From Caedimonas varicaedens (lineage in GTDB: Bacteria > Pseudomonadota > Alphaproteobacteria > Caedimonadales > Caedimonadaceae), in assembly GCA_001192655.1 (NCBI GenBank), contig BBVC01000058.1, forward strand, positions 1 through 17,285: 17,285 bases of DNA, given 5' to 3'. A program made the translations under genes and the position numbers. The notes beneath the pieces are model-generated. The model had not been told where the DNA came from and searched no databases. It saw only the letters and a list, made by a program, of their open reading frames with translations. Of the stretch, positions 1 through 9,067 are shown piece by piece (position 1 is the first letter of the stretch; every line of letters starts with the position of its first letter).

Positions 1-248
1 ACTTCCGAAACTGCCTCCTAAAAGCGTCCTTATTTTGGATAATGCCACCTTTCATAAGGGAAAAGCGATGCAAAAAGCAATTGCTGAGGCAGGGCATATC
101 GTGCTGTATCTGCCTCCTTATTCTCCAGACTTTAATCCCATCGAGCATAAATGGGCACAAGCAAAAGCAATTAGACGCAAAAAAAGGTGTTCTATCGAGC
201 AATTATTTCAGGATAATAAAATATGACCGTTTTATATGTTGTTAGCTA
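1..248 (+). mobile_element. Right end of an IS630-family insertion sequence (partial). The right boundary is inferred at the TATA at 247-250.
   Basis: The transposase stop is at 226 and IS630 elements end a few tens of nt after the ORF at a duplicated TA. Homology of the flanking repeat to its second copy starts exactly at TA 249-250. The inverted repeat itself cannot be verified without the left end. Confidence 0.45.
2..226 (+). CDS. IS630-family (Tc1/mariner superfamily) DDE transposase, C-terminal fragment; the 5' part lies outside the window
   Basis: The frame is open from base 2 (LPKLPPKSVLILDNATFHKGKAMQK...). It contains LDNATFHK and PPYSPDFNPIEHKW. There are 35 residues from the Asp of DNATFH to the Glu of NPIE, which is the DD35E spacing typical of IS630. 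Stop TGA at 224-226. Confidence 0.85.
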   Translation, partial: LPKLPPKSVLILDNATFHKGKAMQKAIAEAGHIVLYLPPYSPDFNPIEHKWAQAKAIRRKKRCSIEQLFQDNKI

Positions 249-251
249 TAT

Positions 252-321
252 GTGAGCAGGACGGGATTTCAGAAAGGAAATCTCGAAGTCCAACGACTTC
301 AGATTTTGAAAGGCGGGTATA
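252..321. repeat. Dispersed repeat, copy A (long form with a 6-bp internal hairpin GATTTC/GAAATC at 265-270/277-282)
   Basis: Blocks GTGAGCAGGACG (252-263), CGAAGTCCAACGAC (284-297), GATTTTGAAAGGCG (302-315) and GGTATA (316-321) are identical to blocks at 4850-4907. Confidence 0.75.
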
Positions 322-560
322 GCTGCCTAACTTTTTAGTCTTTCCAGAACCCAACCATTCCTGAGGAGGTTCTAGGTGTATAGTCCCGAATTGTAATGAT
401 ATAAATAATATAATCTATTCTATTCATCATTTAATTGAATACATCCAAATAATTAATTCTAGTACTGTGGAACTATATTAATAATCTTGTAATTGAATTT
501 TTTTCAAAAAAGAGTTAAATAATAAGAGGAGATTTTTTTAAAAGAGTTTTATTTTAACCG

Positions 561-1610
561 ATGGTTTCTGCGCACAACAAAGAGCACGACAGTTTTTCCC
601 GCCCTGATTCAACAGGACGTGGGCCCTATGCGGTCATCGATTTAGGAAGCTATACGTGCCGTCTTCTTGTTGTCAGCCGATGGGAACATTGTCTGGAAAC
701 CATCGAGGTATTTTCCCGTTTCACGCGTCTGGGAGAGGGGATCTCGCGCTCGAACCTTCTTTCTGAGGAGGCAATAGCGCGAACAACACAGGCCTTGGTG
801 CAGTGTGCAAACAGAATTCAACAACATGCACCCATCGCAATGCGTGCTGTGGCCACAGAAGCTGTACGACGGGCCCAGAATAAGGATGATTTCCTAAAAC
901 ATATCAGAAAAAATACTGGTATTTCGCTGGAAATTATTTCCCAGGAACAGGAAGCAAAGTTTGCCTTAAAGGGATGTGCTGGACTTTTAGACTCTTCCCA
1001 TCCTTATGGACTTGTTTTTGATATTGGGGGAGGAAGCACGGAAATTACCTGGATCCTCCAGAAAACGGGTTGCGCTCCTGAAGTATTGGATTGGGTCTCT
1101 CTGCCTTTTGGTGTCGTCACAATTGCAGAAGATTATTATACAGATCAGGCAAATGATTATCGCCTGGTTCGAGAAAACACTTGTAATTTGCTGGAGAATT
1201 TTACAGAACGCAATAATATACGCCAATATATTCTGGAGAATCAGGTACAAATTCTGGGAACTTCAGGTACAGCAACCACAGCACTGGCTCTTCACCAGGG
1301 CTTAAAGCGTTACGAACGCACAAAAATTGATGGGATGATGTTTAAATATCCGGATATTTATAAAGTCATTAAAATAGTTCAAATGATGTCAACGCAGGAA
1401 AGAAATTATAATCGCTGTATAGGCATAGGGCGCGCAGAACTGGTTTTGGGTGGTCTTGCTATTCTGGAAGGACTTTGCAATATATGGCCTGTTGGCGTTA
1501 TGAAAGTTGCAGATCGCGGTGTGCGGGAAGGGATCGCAACAGATATAGCTTTTGGCAAGGATTCTCCTCTTGTTTACGAGCCGTACGAAAGACTAGAGGT
1601 TGCAGCTTAA
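561..1610 (+). CDS. ppx: Ppx/GppA-family phosphatase (exopolyphosphatase / pppGpp phosphohydrolase), short two-domain form
   Basis: Has the ASKHA-fold motifs YAVIDLGSYTCRLLVV and FDIGGGSTEI. At 349 aa it has no C-terminal HD extension. An in-frame stop lies 3 nt upstream of ATG 561. Confidence 0.8.
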   Translation: MVSAHNKEHDSFSRPDSTGRGPYAVIDLGSYTCRLLVVSRWEHCLETIEVFSRFTRLGEGISRSNLLSEEAIARTTQALVQCANRIQQHAPIAMRAVATEAVRRAQNKDDFLKHIRKNTGISLEIISQEQEAKFALKGCAGLLDSSHPYGLVFDIGGGSTEITWILQKTGCAPEVLDWVSLPFGVVTIAEDYYTDQANDYRLVRENTCNLLENFTERNNIRQYILENQVQILGTSGTATTALALHQGLKRYERTKIDGMMFKYPDIYKVIKIVQMMSTQERNYNRCIGIGRAELVLGGLAILEGLCNIWPVGVMKVADRGVREGIATDIAFGKDSPLVYEPYERLEVAA

Positions 1611-1616
1611 ATCACG

Positions 1617-2300
1617 ATGAAAAAGAATATATTCAAGATGCAACGTGCAGTCACTGTCCGTTTGAAAAATGCACGCAAACTCTCTACAGGGTCACAACGA
1701 TGGCTGGCACGCCAGTTGAATGATCCCTACGTGCAACAAGCCCAAGCGCAAGGACTTCGTTCACGTGCAGCATTCAAGCTTATTCAGCTTGATGATAAAT
1801 TTCACTTTTTGAAAAAAGGCGCCCGTATTGTTGATTTGGGAGCGGCACCAGGCGGGTGGACTCAGGTTGCTGTACAACGCGTTGACTCACAAGGTATAGA
1901 AGGATGTGTTATCGGGATTGATCTACTTGAGATTGAACCTATTGCCGGAGCATCTCTTATCCAGGGAAATTTTTTAGAATCTCAAACCCAGAATCAACTT
2001 AAAGCCATAATGAAAATACCCGTCCAGGTGGTCTTGAGCGATATGGCATCTTCTACAATTGGACATTCCCAAACAGACCATCTCAGAACTGTCGCTCTGG
2101 CAGAAGCAGCTTTTTATTTTGCCAAAGATGTTCTGGTGCCGGGCGGCACATTTGTTGCCAAGGTATTTCAGGGTGGAACGAATCAGGACTTATTACTGAA
2201 GCTTAAGCGTCATTTTCGCCAGATCAAACATGTTAAGCCTTTGGCAAGCCGAAAAGAGTCTTCCGAAATGTATGTCCTTGCCTTTGGCTTTAAGCAATGA
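1617..2300 (+). CDS. rlmE: 23S rRNA (uridine2552-2'-O)-methyltransferase RlmE (FtsJ/RrmJ)
   Basis: SQRWLARQLNDPYVQQAQAQGLRSRAAFKL followed by the SAM motif VDLGAAPGGWTQ. Starts 6 nt after the ppx stop. Confidence 0.9.
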   Translation: MKKNIFKMQRAVTVRLKNARKLSTGSQRWLARQLNDPYVQQAQAQGLRSRAAFKLIQLDDKFHFLKKGARIVDLGAAPGGWTQVAVQRVDSQGIEGCVIGIDLLEIEPIAGASLIQGNFLESQTQNQLKAIMKIPVQVVLSDMASSTIGHSQTDHLRTVALAEAAFYFAKDVLVPGGTFVAKVFQGGTNQDLLLKLKRHFRQIKHVKPLASRKESSEMYVLAFGFKQ

Positions 2301-3511
2301 AAACTGGCGCGCGCATTGGCGCAATGTATGAAATACTGGATTATTTTTTCAAGTCTCAAAAACCTCTTGATGGCGTGATTCAAGAGTATTTCACACGGCG
2401 GCGTTATGCAGGTTCCAAAGATCGTCGTTATATTATTCATCATACTTTTAATTTTTTTCGGTATTGGGAAACACTCAAAAGAGAGGTAGGAGCCAACAAC
2501 CCCAGAGCCCTTTTAATCGCCTATTTAAAGCGCATTGAGAGTTGGACACCTGAAGACTTTCACACACATTTCAACGAAGATATTTACAGTCTTTCTCCTT
2601 TAAGTTCTGCAGAAAAGGAAGAGACTGAAGCGTTGACGCTTCCTGAATGGGCCTATGCCAACGTTCCGGAATTTATGTGGAAAGAATTCATACGAAGCTA
2701 TGATACAGAGTTTTTAGCACAAGCTAAAGCACTTAACCAGGAAGCTCTCCCTGATTTAAGGGTAAACACTTTGAAAACTACGCGGGAGAAAGTTTTGAAA
2801 GAGTTGAAAAAACTTTCCCTTGAAGCTATTGAAACGCCTTATTCTCCCTGGGGAATTCGACTGGGAAAGCGAACTAATCTTGCAACATTACCTCTTTTCA
2901 AGGAAGGATTTGTTGAAATGCAAGACGAAGGCTCTCAAATGCTGGCGTTATTTTGTGATGCAAAACCAGGGCAAAAAGTTCTGGATTTATGTGCCGGAGC
3001 AGGAGGAAAAACGCTTGCTTTGGCCGCAATGATGAAAAACAAAGGGCAAATTATCGCAACAGATATTGAAGCACACCGCTTAAAGCGAACAGCTCAACGC
3101 CTGCAACGTGCTGGAGTCATCAATACAATCCTCAAGGAATGGCCTCTTTCAATGCAAGAAGAACAAACATTTGATTTAGTGGTGATTGACGCACCTTGTT
3201 CAGGGATGGGGACATGGCGTCGTTCTCCTGATTTGCGGGCGCGTCTGACGCTCGAAGATTTTCAAAAGATACTTGAAAACCAGAAAAATCTCTTGAAAAA
3301 AGCGTCACTCTACGTTCAGGAAGAAGGACGCTTGATTTATGGCACATGTTCTCTCTTGAAAAAAGAAAATGAAGAACAAGTGAAAGACTTCCTTGATGAC
3401 CATCCCGATTTTCATCTTGCAAAAGAAACACGCCTGTCTCCCCTAACCCATCAGACCGACGGATTTTATGGAGCAGAAATCCTGAGAGAGGGGAAAAACC
3501 GTTCGCTCTAA
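2297..3511 (+). CDS. rsmB: RsmB/NOP2/Sun-family rRNA (cytosine-C5) methyltransferase
   Basis: SAM motif LDLCAGAGGKT and catalytic Cys motifs DAPCSGMGTWRRSPD and YGTCSL. ATGA start/stop overlap with rlmE at 2297-2300. Confidence 0.8.
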   Translation: MKTGARIGAMYEILDYFFKSQKPLDGVIQEYFTRRRYAGSKDRRYIIHHTFNFFRYWETLKREVGANNPRALLIAYLKRIESWTPEDFHTHFNEDIYSLSPLSSAEKEETEALTLPEWAYANVPEFMWKEFIRSYDTEFLAQAKALNQEALPDLRVNTLKTTREKVLKELKKLSLEAIETPYSPWGIRLGKRTNLATLPLFKEGFVEMQDEGSQMLALFCDAKPGQKVLDLCAGAGGKTLALAAMMKNKGQIIATDIEAHRLKRTAQRLQRAGVINTILKEWPLSMQEEQTFDLVVIDAPCSGMGTWRRSPDLRARLTLEDFQKILENQKNLLKKASLYVQEEGRLIYGTCSLLKKENEEQVKDFLDDHPDFHLAKETRLSPLTHQTDGFYGAEILREGKNRSL

Positions 3512-4626
3512 AGATTCAACAAATGCTGGGGTGCTGTAAAATGATATCCTAGATTTTTCGCCACAGGCTCGCATGTGACTTCGCCAAAACACACATTAAG
3601 ACCATTCAGCAAATGAATATTCTCCAGCAAAGCCTGACGGTATCCTTTATTTGCAATCTCCAACACAAAGGGCAAGGTTGCATTATTCAAGGCCAGAGTT
3701 GAGGTTCTGGCAACACCACTGGGCATATTGGCCACACAATAATGAACAATTTCATCTATAACATAGGTGGGACTATTATGTGTTGTTGGTTTGCTTGTCT
3801 CAAAACACCCCCCCTGATCAATAGCAACATCCACAAGGACAGAACCAGGACGCATGGATCGAATCATTTCAGCTGTTACCAGACGCGGAGAAGTAGCACC
3901 CGGCACTAATACCGCACCAATCACAAGATCAGCATGGGTAACGTAATGTTCGATCGATTCCATCGTCGCGTAAACTGTATTGAGGCGGGGTCCAAATTCT
4001 CTATCCAATTGTTCAAGACGTAGCAGGGATTTATCAATGATCGTCACTCTTGATTCAAGCCCGACCGCCATCCGCGCCGCATTAGCGCCGACCACGCCAC
4101 CGCCCAGGATTACAACACGCGCTGCCTCAACGCCCGGAACACCTCCCAGAAGAACACCTGAACCACCAGAACATTTTTCAAGGGCATGGGCACCTACCTG
4201 AATCGACATACGGCCCGCAACTTCACTCATGGGACGCAAGAGAGGTAACCCTCCCTGAGTTTCTGTCACCGTTTCATACGCAATAGCGATGCATTTTGAC
4301 TGGACAAGACCTGCTGTTTGTACGGGATCGGGTGCTAAATGAAGATAGGTAAAAAGAATTTGCTCTTCCCTAAGCATAGCTGTTTCGGAAGGTTGAGGCT
4401 CTTTAACTTTGACGATCATCTCGGCCTGATCGAAAACTTCTTCAGCGCTAAAAACAATTTTTGCTCCCAGCGCACGATAAGTCTCATCCTTAAAACCACA
4501 ATAAGCCCCTGCTCCAGTTTCTATGACCACCTCATGACCATGATGAATAATTTCACGAACACTTCCAGGAACCAGACCTACCCGATATTCATGGGACTTA
4601 ATTTCTTTGGGAACTCCTATCCGCAT
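3508..4626 (-). CDS. ald: Alanine dehydrogenase
   Basis: The N-terminus MRIGVPKEIKSHEYRVGLVP and the NAD-binding VVILGGGVVGANAARMAVG are characteristic of Ald. Length 372 aa. Confidence 0.9.
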   Translation of the reverse strand: MRIGVPKEIKSHEYRVGLVPGSVREIIHHGHEVVIETGAGAYCGFKDETYRALGAKIVFSAEEVFDQAEMIVKVKEPQPSETAMLREEQILFTYLHLAPDPVQTAGLVQSKCIAIAYETVTETQGGLPLLRPMSEVAGRMSIQVGAHALEKCSGGSGVLLGGVPGVEAARVVILGGGVVGANAARMAVGLESRVTIIDKSLLRLEQLDREFGPRLNTVYATMESIEHYVTHADLVIGAVLVPGATSPRLVTAEMIRSMRPGSVLVDVAIDQGGCFETSKPTTHNSPTYVIDEIVHYCVANMPSGVARTSTLALNNATLPFVLEIANKGYRQALLENIHLLNGLNVCFGEVTCEPVAKNLGYHFTAPQHLLNL

Positions 4627-4849
4627 CTTATTCGCTATCCTCTATTTTAGTTACTTGTTTGTGACCAGAGTGGTATAAGCCTTTTAATAAGGAAAAGCTA
4701 TCAAAAAGGTTATGTTGTGGACAAAGGAAATTCTGAAAAGCACAGACAAGAGGAGCAGCCTTGTGTTTTGAAACACGCGTACTATACCCAAAAGATTTCA
4801 CTGGGTAGATGGACGAGTGGTAAGTCTCGCGCAGCGTACATAAAAGTAC

Positions 4850-4907
4850 GTGAGCAGGACGAATTCCGAAGTCCAACGACCCCGGATTTTGAAAGGCGAA
4901 GGGTATA
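4850..4907. repeat. Dispersed repeat, copy B (short form), directly abutting the ftsH stop codon (4908-4910)
   Basis: Has the same four blocks as 252-321, at 4850-4861, 4867-4880, 4885-4898 and 4902-4907. The inner segment is 5 nt rather than 20 nt, and there is an extra AAG at 4899-4901. Confidence 0.75.
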
Positions 4908-6809
4908 CTATGCTTGGGGCTCGGGGGTCAATTTGGGACTTTTTCGGCGAGGAGTTGAACCGCGCGTACTCTTGGCCTTTGTTGTCATATCCTCATGACG
5001 CACAAACTTTCCTGTTTTTAAAAGATCATCAATTTCTTCGCCCGACAGGGTTTCAAACTCCAGCAATGATTTAGCCAATAGATGTAAATGATCAAGGTGA
5101 TCTGTCAAGATTTTCCTTGCACGACCATATGCATCGTCAATAATCTTGCGAATTTCCTTATCAATCAGGGTTGCGGTTTCATCAGACACATTCTTGTGTT
5201 GTGTCACCGCATGCCCCAGAAATACTTCCTGTTGGGGTTCATTATAGGCAAGAGGTCCTAATTTATCACTCATTCCCCATTCCGTAACCATACGGCGCGC
5301 CATATCTGTTGCATGGCGAATATCGGAAGAAGCGCCGGTTGTAACCTTCTCAGTCCCAAAAATAATTTCTTCGGAAAGTCGCCCCCCCATTGCAACGGCC
5401 AGGTCAGCGTAAAGTCTGGCACGCGACAGGGATACACGGTCATTTTCCGGCAATCTGACCACCATCCCCAAAGCTCGTCCGCGAGGAATAATCGTTGCTT
5501 TATGAATAGGGTCTGAAGCGGGTGTATAAAAAGCAACCACAGCATGCCCTGCCTCATGATAAGCGGTCAGGGTTTTCTCTTCATCACTCATGACCATGGA
5601 GCGGCGTTCTGGCCCCATCATCACTTTATCTTTAGCTTCTTCAAAATCACGCATCATGACCACACGCTGGTTGTGACGGGCCGCCAAAAGAGCCGCTTCG
5701 TTAACAAGATTGGCAAGGTCAGCTCCCGAAAATCCAGGTGTTCCTTGCGCAATCACCTTGGCGTCAACATCACCGGCAAGAGGAACTTTGGCCATATGAA
5801 CCTTGAGAATCGCTTCTCGTCCCTTAATATCAGGAAGGGAAACAACAACTTGACGATCAAAGCGACCCGGACGCATCAGCGCAGGATCCAAAACGTCCGG
5901 ACGATTTGTGGCAGCAATCAGAATGACGCCTTCATTGGTCTCAAAACCATCCATTTCCACCAACAGCTGGTTAAGCGTTTGCTCGCGTTCGTCATTACCG
6001 CCGCCAAGACCAGCGCCGCGATGACGCCCCACAGCATCAATTTCATCAATAAAGATAATACAAGGAGCATTCTTTTTTCCCTGCTCAAACAAATCACGCA
6101 CACGGCTTGCGCCCACACCTACAAACATTTCAACGAAATCTGAACCAGAGATCGTAAAAAACGGAACATTTGCTTCTCCTGCAATGGCGCGCGCTAAAAG
6201 CGTTTTACCTGTTCCAGGAGAACCCACAAGCAAGACACCTTTGGGGATCTTGCCGCCCAATTTTTGAAATTTCTGCGGGTCTTTAAGATACTCGACGATT
6301 TCAACTACTTCTTCCTTGGCTTCATCACAACCAGCTACATCGGTGAACATAACGCGTCCGGATTTTTCGTTCAGCAGGCGCGCTCTGGATTTTCCAAAGC
6401 CCATTGCCCGATTATTACCTGATTGCATTTGACGTAAAAAGAAAATCCAGACACCAATCAATAAAAGCATCGGAAACCAGGAAATAAAAATTTGAAAGAA
6501 AGTAGATGAACCTTCTTCTGCCGAATCTACAGAAATCTGCACATTTTTATCGTGGAGTTTTTCAATCAAATTTGGATAATTCGGCGTCACTGTTGTAAAT
6601 TGAGTGCCGTCATTTAAATAACCCTGGATAAAATTTCCCTTGATATCAACAGACTTGACAACTCCTTTTTCCACATCATCCAGAAACGTAGAAAAAATCA
6701 TAGCACGATGATTAAGGTGCTCTCTGCCACCCTGGAACATATTGTAGAGAACCATAAGGAAAAGTCCTGCAATGACCCAAAGGACGATATTTCGATTAAA
6801 ATTATTCAA
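4908..6809 (-). CDS. ftsH: ATP-dependent zinc metalloprotease FtsH
   Basis: Two N-terminal TM segments, Walker A GSPGTGKT, Walker [33 protein letters not shown] and zinc site HEAGH. TTG start at 6809 lies 7 nt after AAGGAG. Confidence 0.97.
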   Translation of the reverse strand: MNNFNRNIVLWVIAGLFLMVLYNMFQGGREHLNHRAMIFSTFLDDVEKGVVKSVDIKGNFIQGYLNDGTQFTTVTPNYPNLIEKLHDKNVQISVDSAEEGSSTFFQIFISWFPMLLLIGVWIFFLRQMQSGNNRAMGFGKSRARLLNEKSGRVMFTDVAGCDEAKEEVVEIVEYLKDPQKFQKLGGKIPKGVLLVGSPGTGKTLLARAIAGEANVPFFTISGSDFVEMFVGVGASRVRDLFEQGKKNAPCIIFIDEIDAVGRHRGAGLGGGNDEREQTLNQLLVEMDGFETNEGVILIAATNRPDVLDPALMRPGRFDRQVVVSLPDIKGREAILKVHMAKVPLAGDVDAKVIAQGTPGFSGADLANLVNEAALLAARHNQRVVMMRDFEEAKDKVMMGPERRSMVMSDEEKTLTAYHEAGHAVVAFYTPASDPIHKATIIPRGRALGMVVRLPENDRVSLSRARLYADLAVAMGGRLSEEIIFGTEKVTTGASSDIRHATDMARRMVTEWGMSDKLGPLAYNEPQQEVFLGHAVTQHKNVSDETATLIDKEIRKIIDDAYGRARKILTDHLDHLHLLAKSLLEFETLSGEEIDDLLKTGKFVRHEDMTTKAKSTRGSTPRRKSPKLTPEPQA

Positions 6810-6911
6810 GGGTTAACTCCTTCATGCCGCTTCCCTGGTGAAGAGACTCTTAATGCGTTTATGATCGTAGTATAAGTTATCTTCATTAAACAATCGTGAA
6901 CGTAAAACGAG

Positions 6912-8171
6912 TCAGAGGATAACGCGGTGCAAAATGAATAGCACATTCTTTTTTTTTGTAAATTTAGAAGAAATTGGCACAAACAGCTGTAGGAATCGAG
7001 ATCTTTCCCATAAAACAGGAAGTCCCAAACGCACAGGATGGGGAAGGGTTTTCAGAATTTCTCCTTCCGGGGTTTTGTTGATGTGTTTCCATCCCTCTTC
7101 TTCCAGTGGTGCCAAAGATAGTTCAGAAAAATTTTCGTACATTTCTGGTAAAAAAGAAAAATTAAAGCGGTCATCCCAGCGATAATTTTTTGCGTTTCCA
7201 GTTAACGATATTTTTTTTATTTTCTCAGGCTCTCTGACAAAGGCGATCCAATGCTGATAGTTAAAAATCAGGCAACCATGCAAAGTACGTGTGATTTCTG
7301 GATTTTTCCTTATTTTTTTGAGGCTATCTCGTCGTGGCGGGTAATGCCCGACACCAAAAGTCATAAAGCAACGCTGTAAAACATTCAGTTGTTGTTTTTC
7401 TGATAACTGTTGATAATGTTCTTTTTTCAATAAACCATATCCTTGGGGAAATATTTCCACACATTGACTTACAATTTGATTGGTTTCTTTTTCTTCCTGA
7501 ATACGACAAATGCCATAATCATAACTCACTGCTATCAGTTGCGCTTGCTCAGAGAAAGTCAAGCTCTCCTTTCTTAGCACTGTACGGGAATATTTGAGAT
7601 TTACGTTGCTGGGATCCTCAACAAAAGGAATATTCCGAGATGTCAGATATTCTCGCAAACAAGATTTGGAGAATTGAAGTAAAGGTCTCAAAATGCGCAC
7701 CGACGGAGTCTCTGAAAGAGCAGACATCCCTGAAAGCCCCAAAGCTCCGCTTTTCTTTGCTTGGCGCAGCTGAAAAGTTTCCCGTTGATCGTCCTGGTGA
7801 TGTCCCAAAAGGAGATGGAGTGTCTGATGATTATGGCACCATTTCAACAAAAGCCCATATCGTGCCTCACGCGCACGTTCCTGAATTCGACGCGCAGGTT
7901 TTTCTCCTGTCCATTTCAAAATAACTGCAGGAATTTGATGCGCGGACAAAAGATCGCGGGTTTGGACGGCCTCAGCTTCTGAATCTGGTCGAAGTCCATG
8001 ATCGACAATAAGAGAGGTCAAAGTTCCTTCACGCTGACGCACCCAATGCCAGGCTAAGAACACAAGGCATAAACTATCGCTTCCCCCCGAAGTGGCAATG
8101 GCTAAATGTGGCTTATCTTCAAAAGGACCCAGTTCTTCAAGGGCTTGATTAAATGCTTCCTGAAGTTCCAA
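6912..8171 (-). CDS. tilS: tRNA(Ile)-lysidine synthetase TilS
   Basis: PP-loop SGGSDSL near the N-terminus and a position between cpoB and ftsH. TTG start lies 3 nt after the cpoB stop and is preceded by GGAGAGGA. Confidence 0.88.
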   Translation of the reverse strand: MELQEAFNQALEELGPFEDKPHLAIATSGGSDSLCLVFLAWHWVRQREGTLTSLIVDHGLRPDSEAEAVQTRDLLSAHQIPAVILKWTGEKPARRIQERAREARYGLLLKWCHNHQTLHLLLGHHQDDQRETFQLRQAKKSGALGLSGMSALSETPSVRILRPLLQFSKSCLREYLTSRNIPFVEDPSNVNLKYSRTVLRKESLTFSEQAQLIAVSYDYGICRIQEEKETNQIVSQCVEIFPQGYGLLKKEHYQQLSEKQQLNVLQRCFMTFGVGHYPPRRDSLKKIRKNPEITRTLHGCLIFNYQHWIAFVREPEKIKKISLTGNAKNYRWDDRFNFSFLPEMYENFSELSLAPLEEEGWKHINKTPEGEILKTLPHPVRLGLPVLWERSRFLQLFVPISSKFTKKKNVLFILHRVIL

Positions 8172-8174
8172 AAA

Positions 8175-9023
8175 CTAGTCCTCTCCTACTTTTTTACATT
8201 GCTTTTCAATCATTTCTGCAATTTTTTTCACGTTTTGGGGAAGACGGGGAAACTCTGAGCGCAACTGATCAAGAGTGGTACAGGCTTGATCAGTTTTACC
8301 AAGCGCTTTTAAAGAAAGACTCAGTTTTACAAGCGCCTCAGGAGCTTTTGCAAAGCTTATTTTACGCGCTTCCTTGTCCTTTGCATCATTCGATTTGTCA
8401 AGTTTTCGATAGGCTTTATAGGCATCCCCAAAAGAGACGGCTGCGCGCGCATAATCTTTTTGGACATAATAGGTCTCACCCAGCCAATACTGGGCATTGA
8501 CCACAAGGGGATCGGATGGATAATGATGAATGATATCCTTAAGCGCCCGCTCAGCTTCAGGATATGCTTGCTGAGCAAGGAATTCTTGGGCCTCTTCATA
8601 TCGCTGCAGAGCTGGTCCTGCTTTCAGTGTAGACCCTTCATCCGCGGAATCCTTAGAAGAAGAATCCATAGGCGTCTGAGAATGTTTTTTACCTTTTTCA
8701 TGATCAAGGCTCTTTGGTTTGACCTCTTCATTTGAAGAGTCAGGCACCTGCTGAGAAATCATTTTAACCTCATGTCGCAATTCTTCCAATTTGCCGCGTA
8801 AATCACGTACCTGGTTTTCCAATTGCGATAGACGATCTTCTTCCTGATCATCAGAGATATCTTTATTCTCCACAAGAGGCGCAGGATCGCGATCAGAAGA
8901 GCTTTTTGGAAAATCTTCCTCTTCTACTGCAGAAGGCCCTACGGTGCCATCATAAAAATCTTCCGCCTTTAGAGGGGTTATAAAAGAACATAAAAACAAA
9001 ATCAGGAAAAACTTCTTATTCAT
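8175..9023 (-). CDS. cpoB: Tol-Pal system protein CpoB/YbgF (signal peptide, coiled coil, C-terminal TPR)
   Basis: Signal peptide MNKKFFLILFLCSFITPLKA, heptad-like LSQLENQVRDLRGKLEELRHEV and TPR region YPSDPLVVNAQYWLGETYYVQKDYARAAVSFGDAYKAY. I prefer ATG 9023 (GGAG 9 nt upstream) over the TTG at 9038 used in the ORF track. Confidence 0.75.
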   Translation of the reverse strand: MNKKFFLILFLCSFITPLKAEDFYDGTVGPSAVEEEDFPKSSSDRDPAPLVENKDISDDQEEDRLSQLENQVRDLRGKLEELRHEVKMISQQVPDSSNEEVKPKSLDHEKGKKHSQTPMDSSSKDSADEGSTLKAGPALQRYEEAQEFLAQQAYPEAERALKDIIHHYPSDPLVVNAQYWLGETYYVQKDYARAAVSFGDAYKAYRKLDKSNDAKDKEARKISFAKAPEALVKLSLSLKALGKTDQACTTLDQLRSEFPRLPQNVKKIAEMIEKQCKKVGED

Positions 9024-9067
9024 TTTATCTTTCTCCAAAATGATTAGTTACCTTTATTTTTAATATA

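Noticed and set aside
432-531. TAATTGAAT repeated at 432-440 and 490-498, and an orphan Shine-Dalgarno-like AAGAGGAG (524-531) 29 nt upstream of the ppx ATG
   Set aside because: The sequence is AT-rich and low-complexity, where 9-mer recurrences are common. No start codon lies at a usable distance from the SD-like sequence, and an in-frame stop blocks any ppx extension.
4628-4876. 82-aa minus-strand ORF filling the ftsH-ald spacer and ending 1 nt before the ald ATG
   Set aside because: It has a TTG start inside the repeat with no good RBS. The sequence is Cys/His/Phe-rich and lacks motifs. The region is more plausibly the ald promoter and leader plus the repeat element. A leader-peptide role cannot be excluded, but nothing supports it.
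4803-4907. tRNA-like or tmRNA-like reading of the repeat region. GGGTAGATGGACGAGTGGTAAGTC (4803-4826) resembles the 5' half of a class II tRNA. GGAC...GTCC looks like a T-arm, and TCCAACGAC resembles a tmRNA resume region.
   Set aside because: There is no complementary acceptor 3' strand. The putative T-loop is 10 nt (25 nt in copy A) instead of the 7-nt TTCRANY. There is no 7-nt anticodon loop. The would-be tag peptides (SNDPGF / SNDFRF) are too short and lack the hydrophobic Ala-Ala end. At best it is a decayed fragment.
4777-4913. 13-nt imperfect inverted repeat GCGTACTATACCC (4777-4789) / GGGTATACTATGC (4901-4913) bracketing repeat copy B and including the ftsH stop, which suggested a MITE with terminal inverted repeats
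   Set aside because: Only 11 of 13 positions match. My rough estimate is that such a match is expected by chance about once in a few hundred bp of sequence. The interior shows no further symmetry and copy A does not clearly share the outer arm. I kept it only as something to test once more copies are found.
5544-6143. Long antisense ORFs inside ftsH (199 aa at 5544-6143, also 5270-5557 and 5313-5516), inside ald (3980-4201, 4339-4650), and inside tilS and cpoB
   Set aside because: They lie opposite strongly supported genes and have low-complexity or Arg/Ser/His-rich translations with no motifs or RBS. These are typical shadow ORFs.
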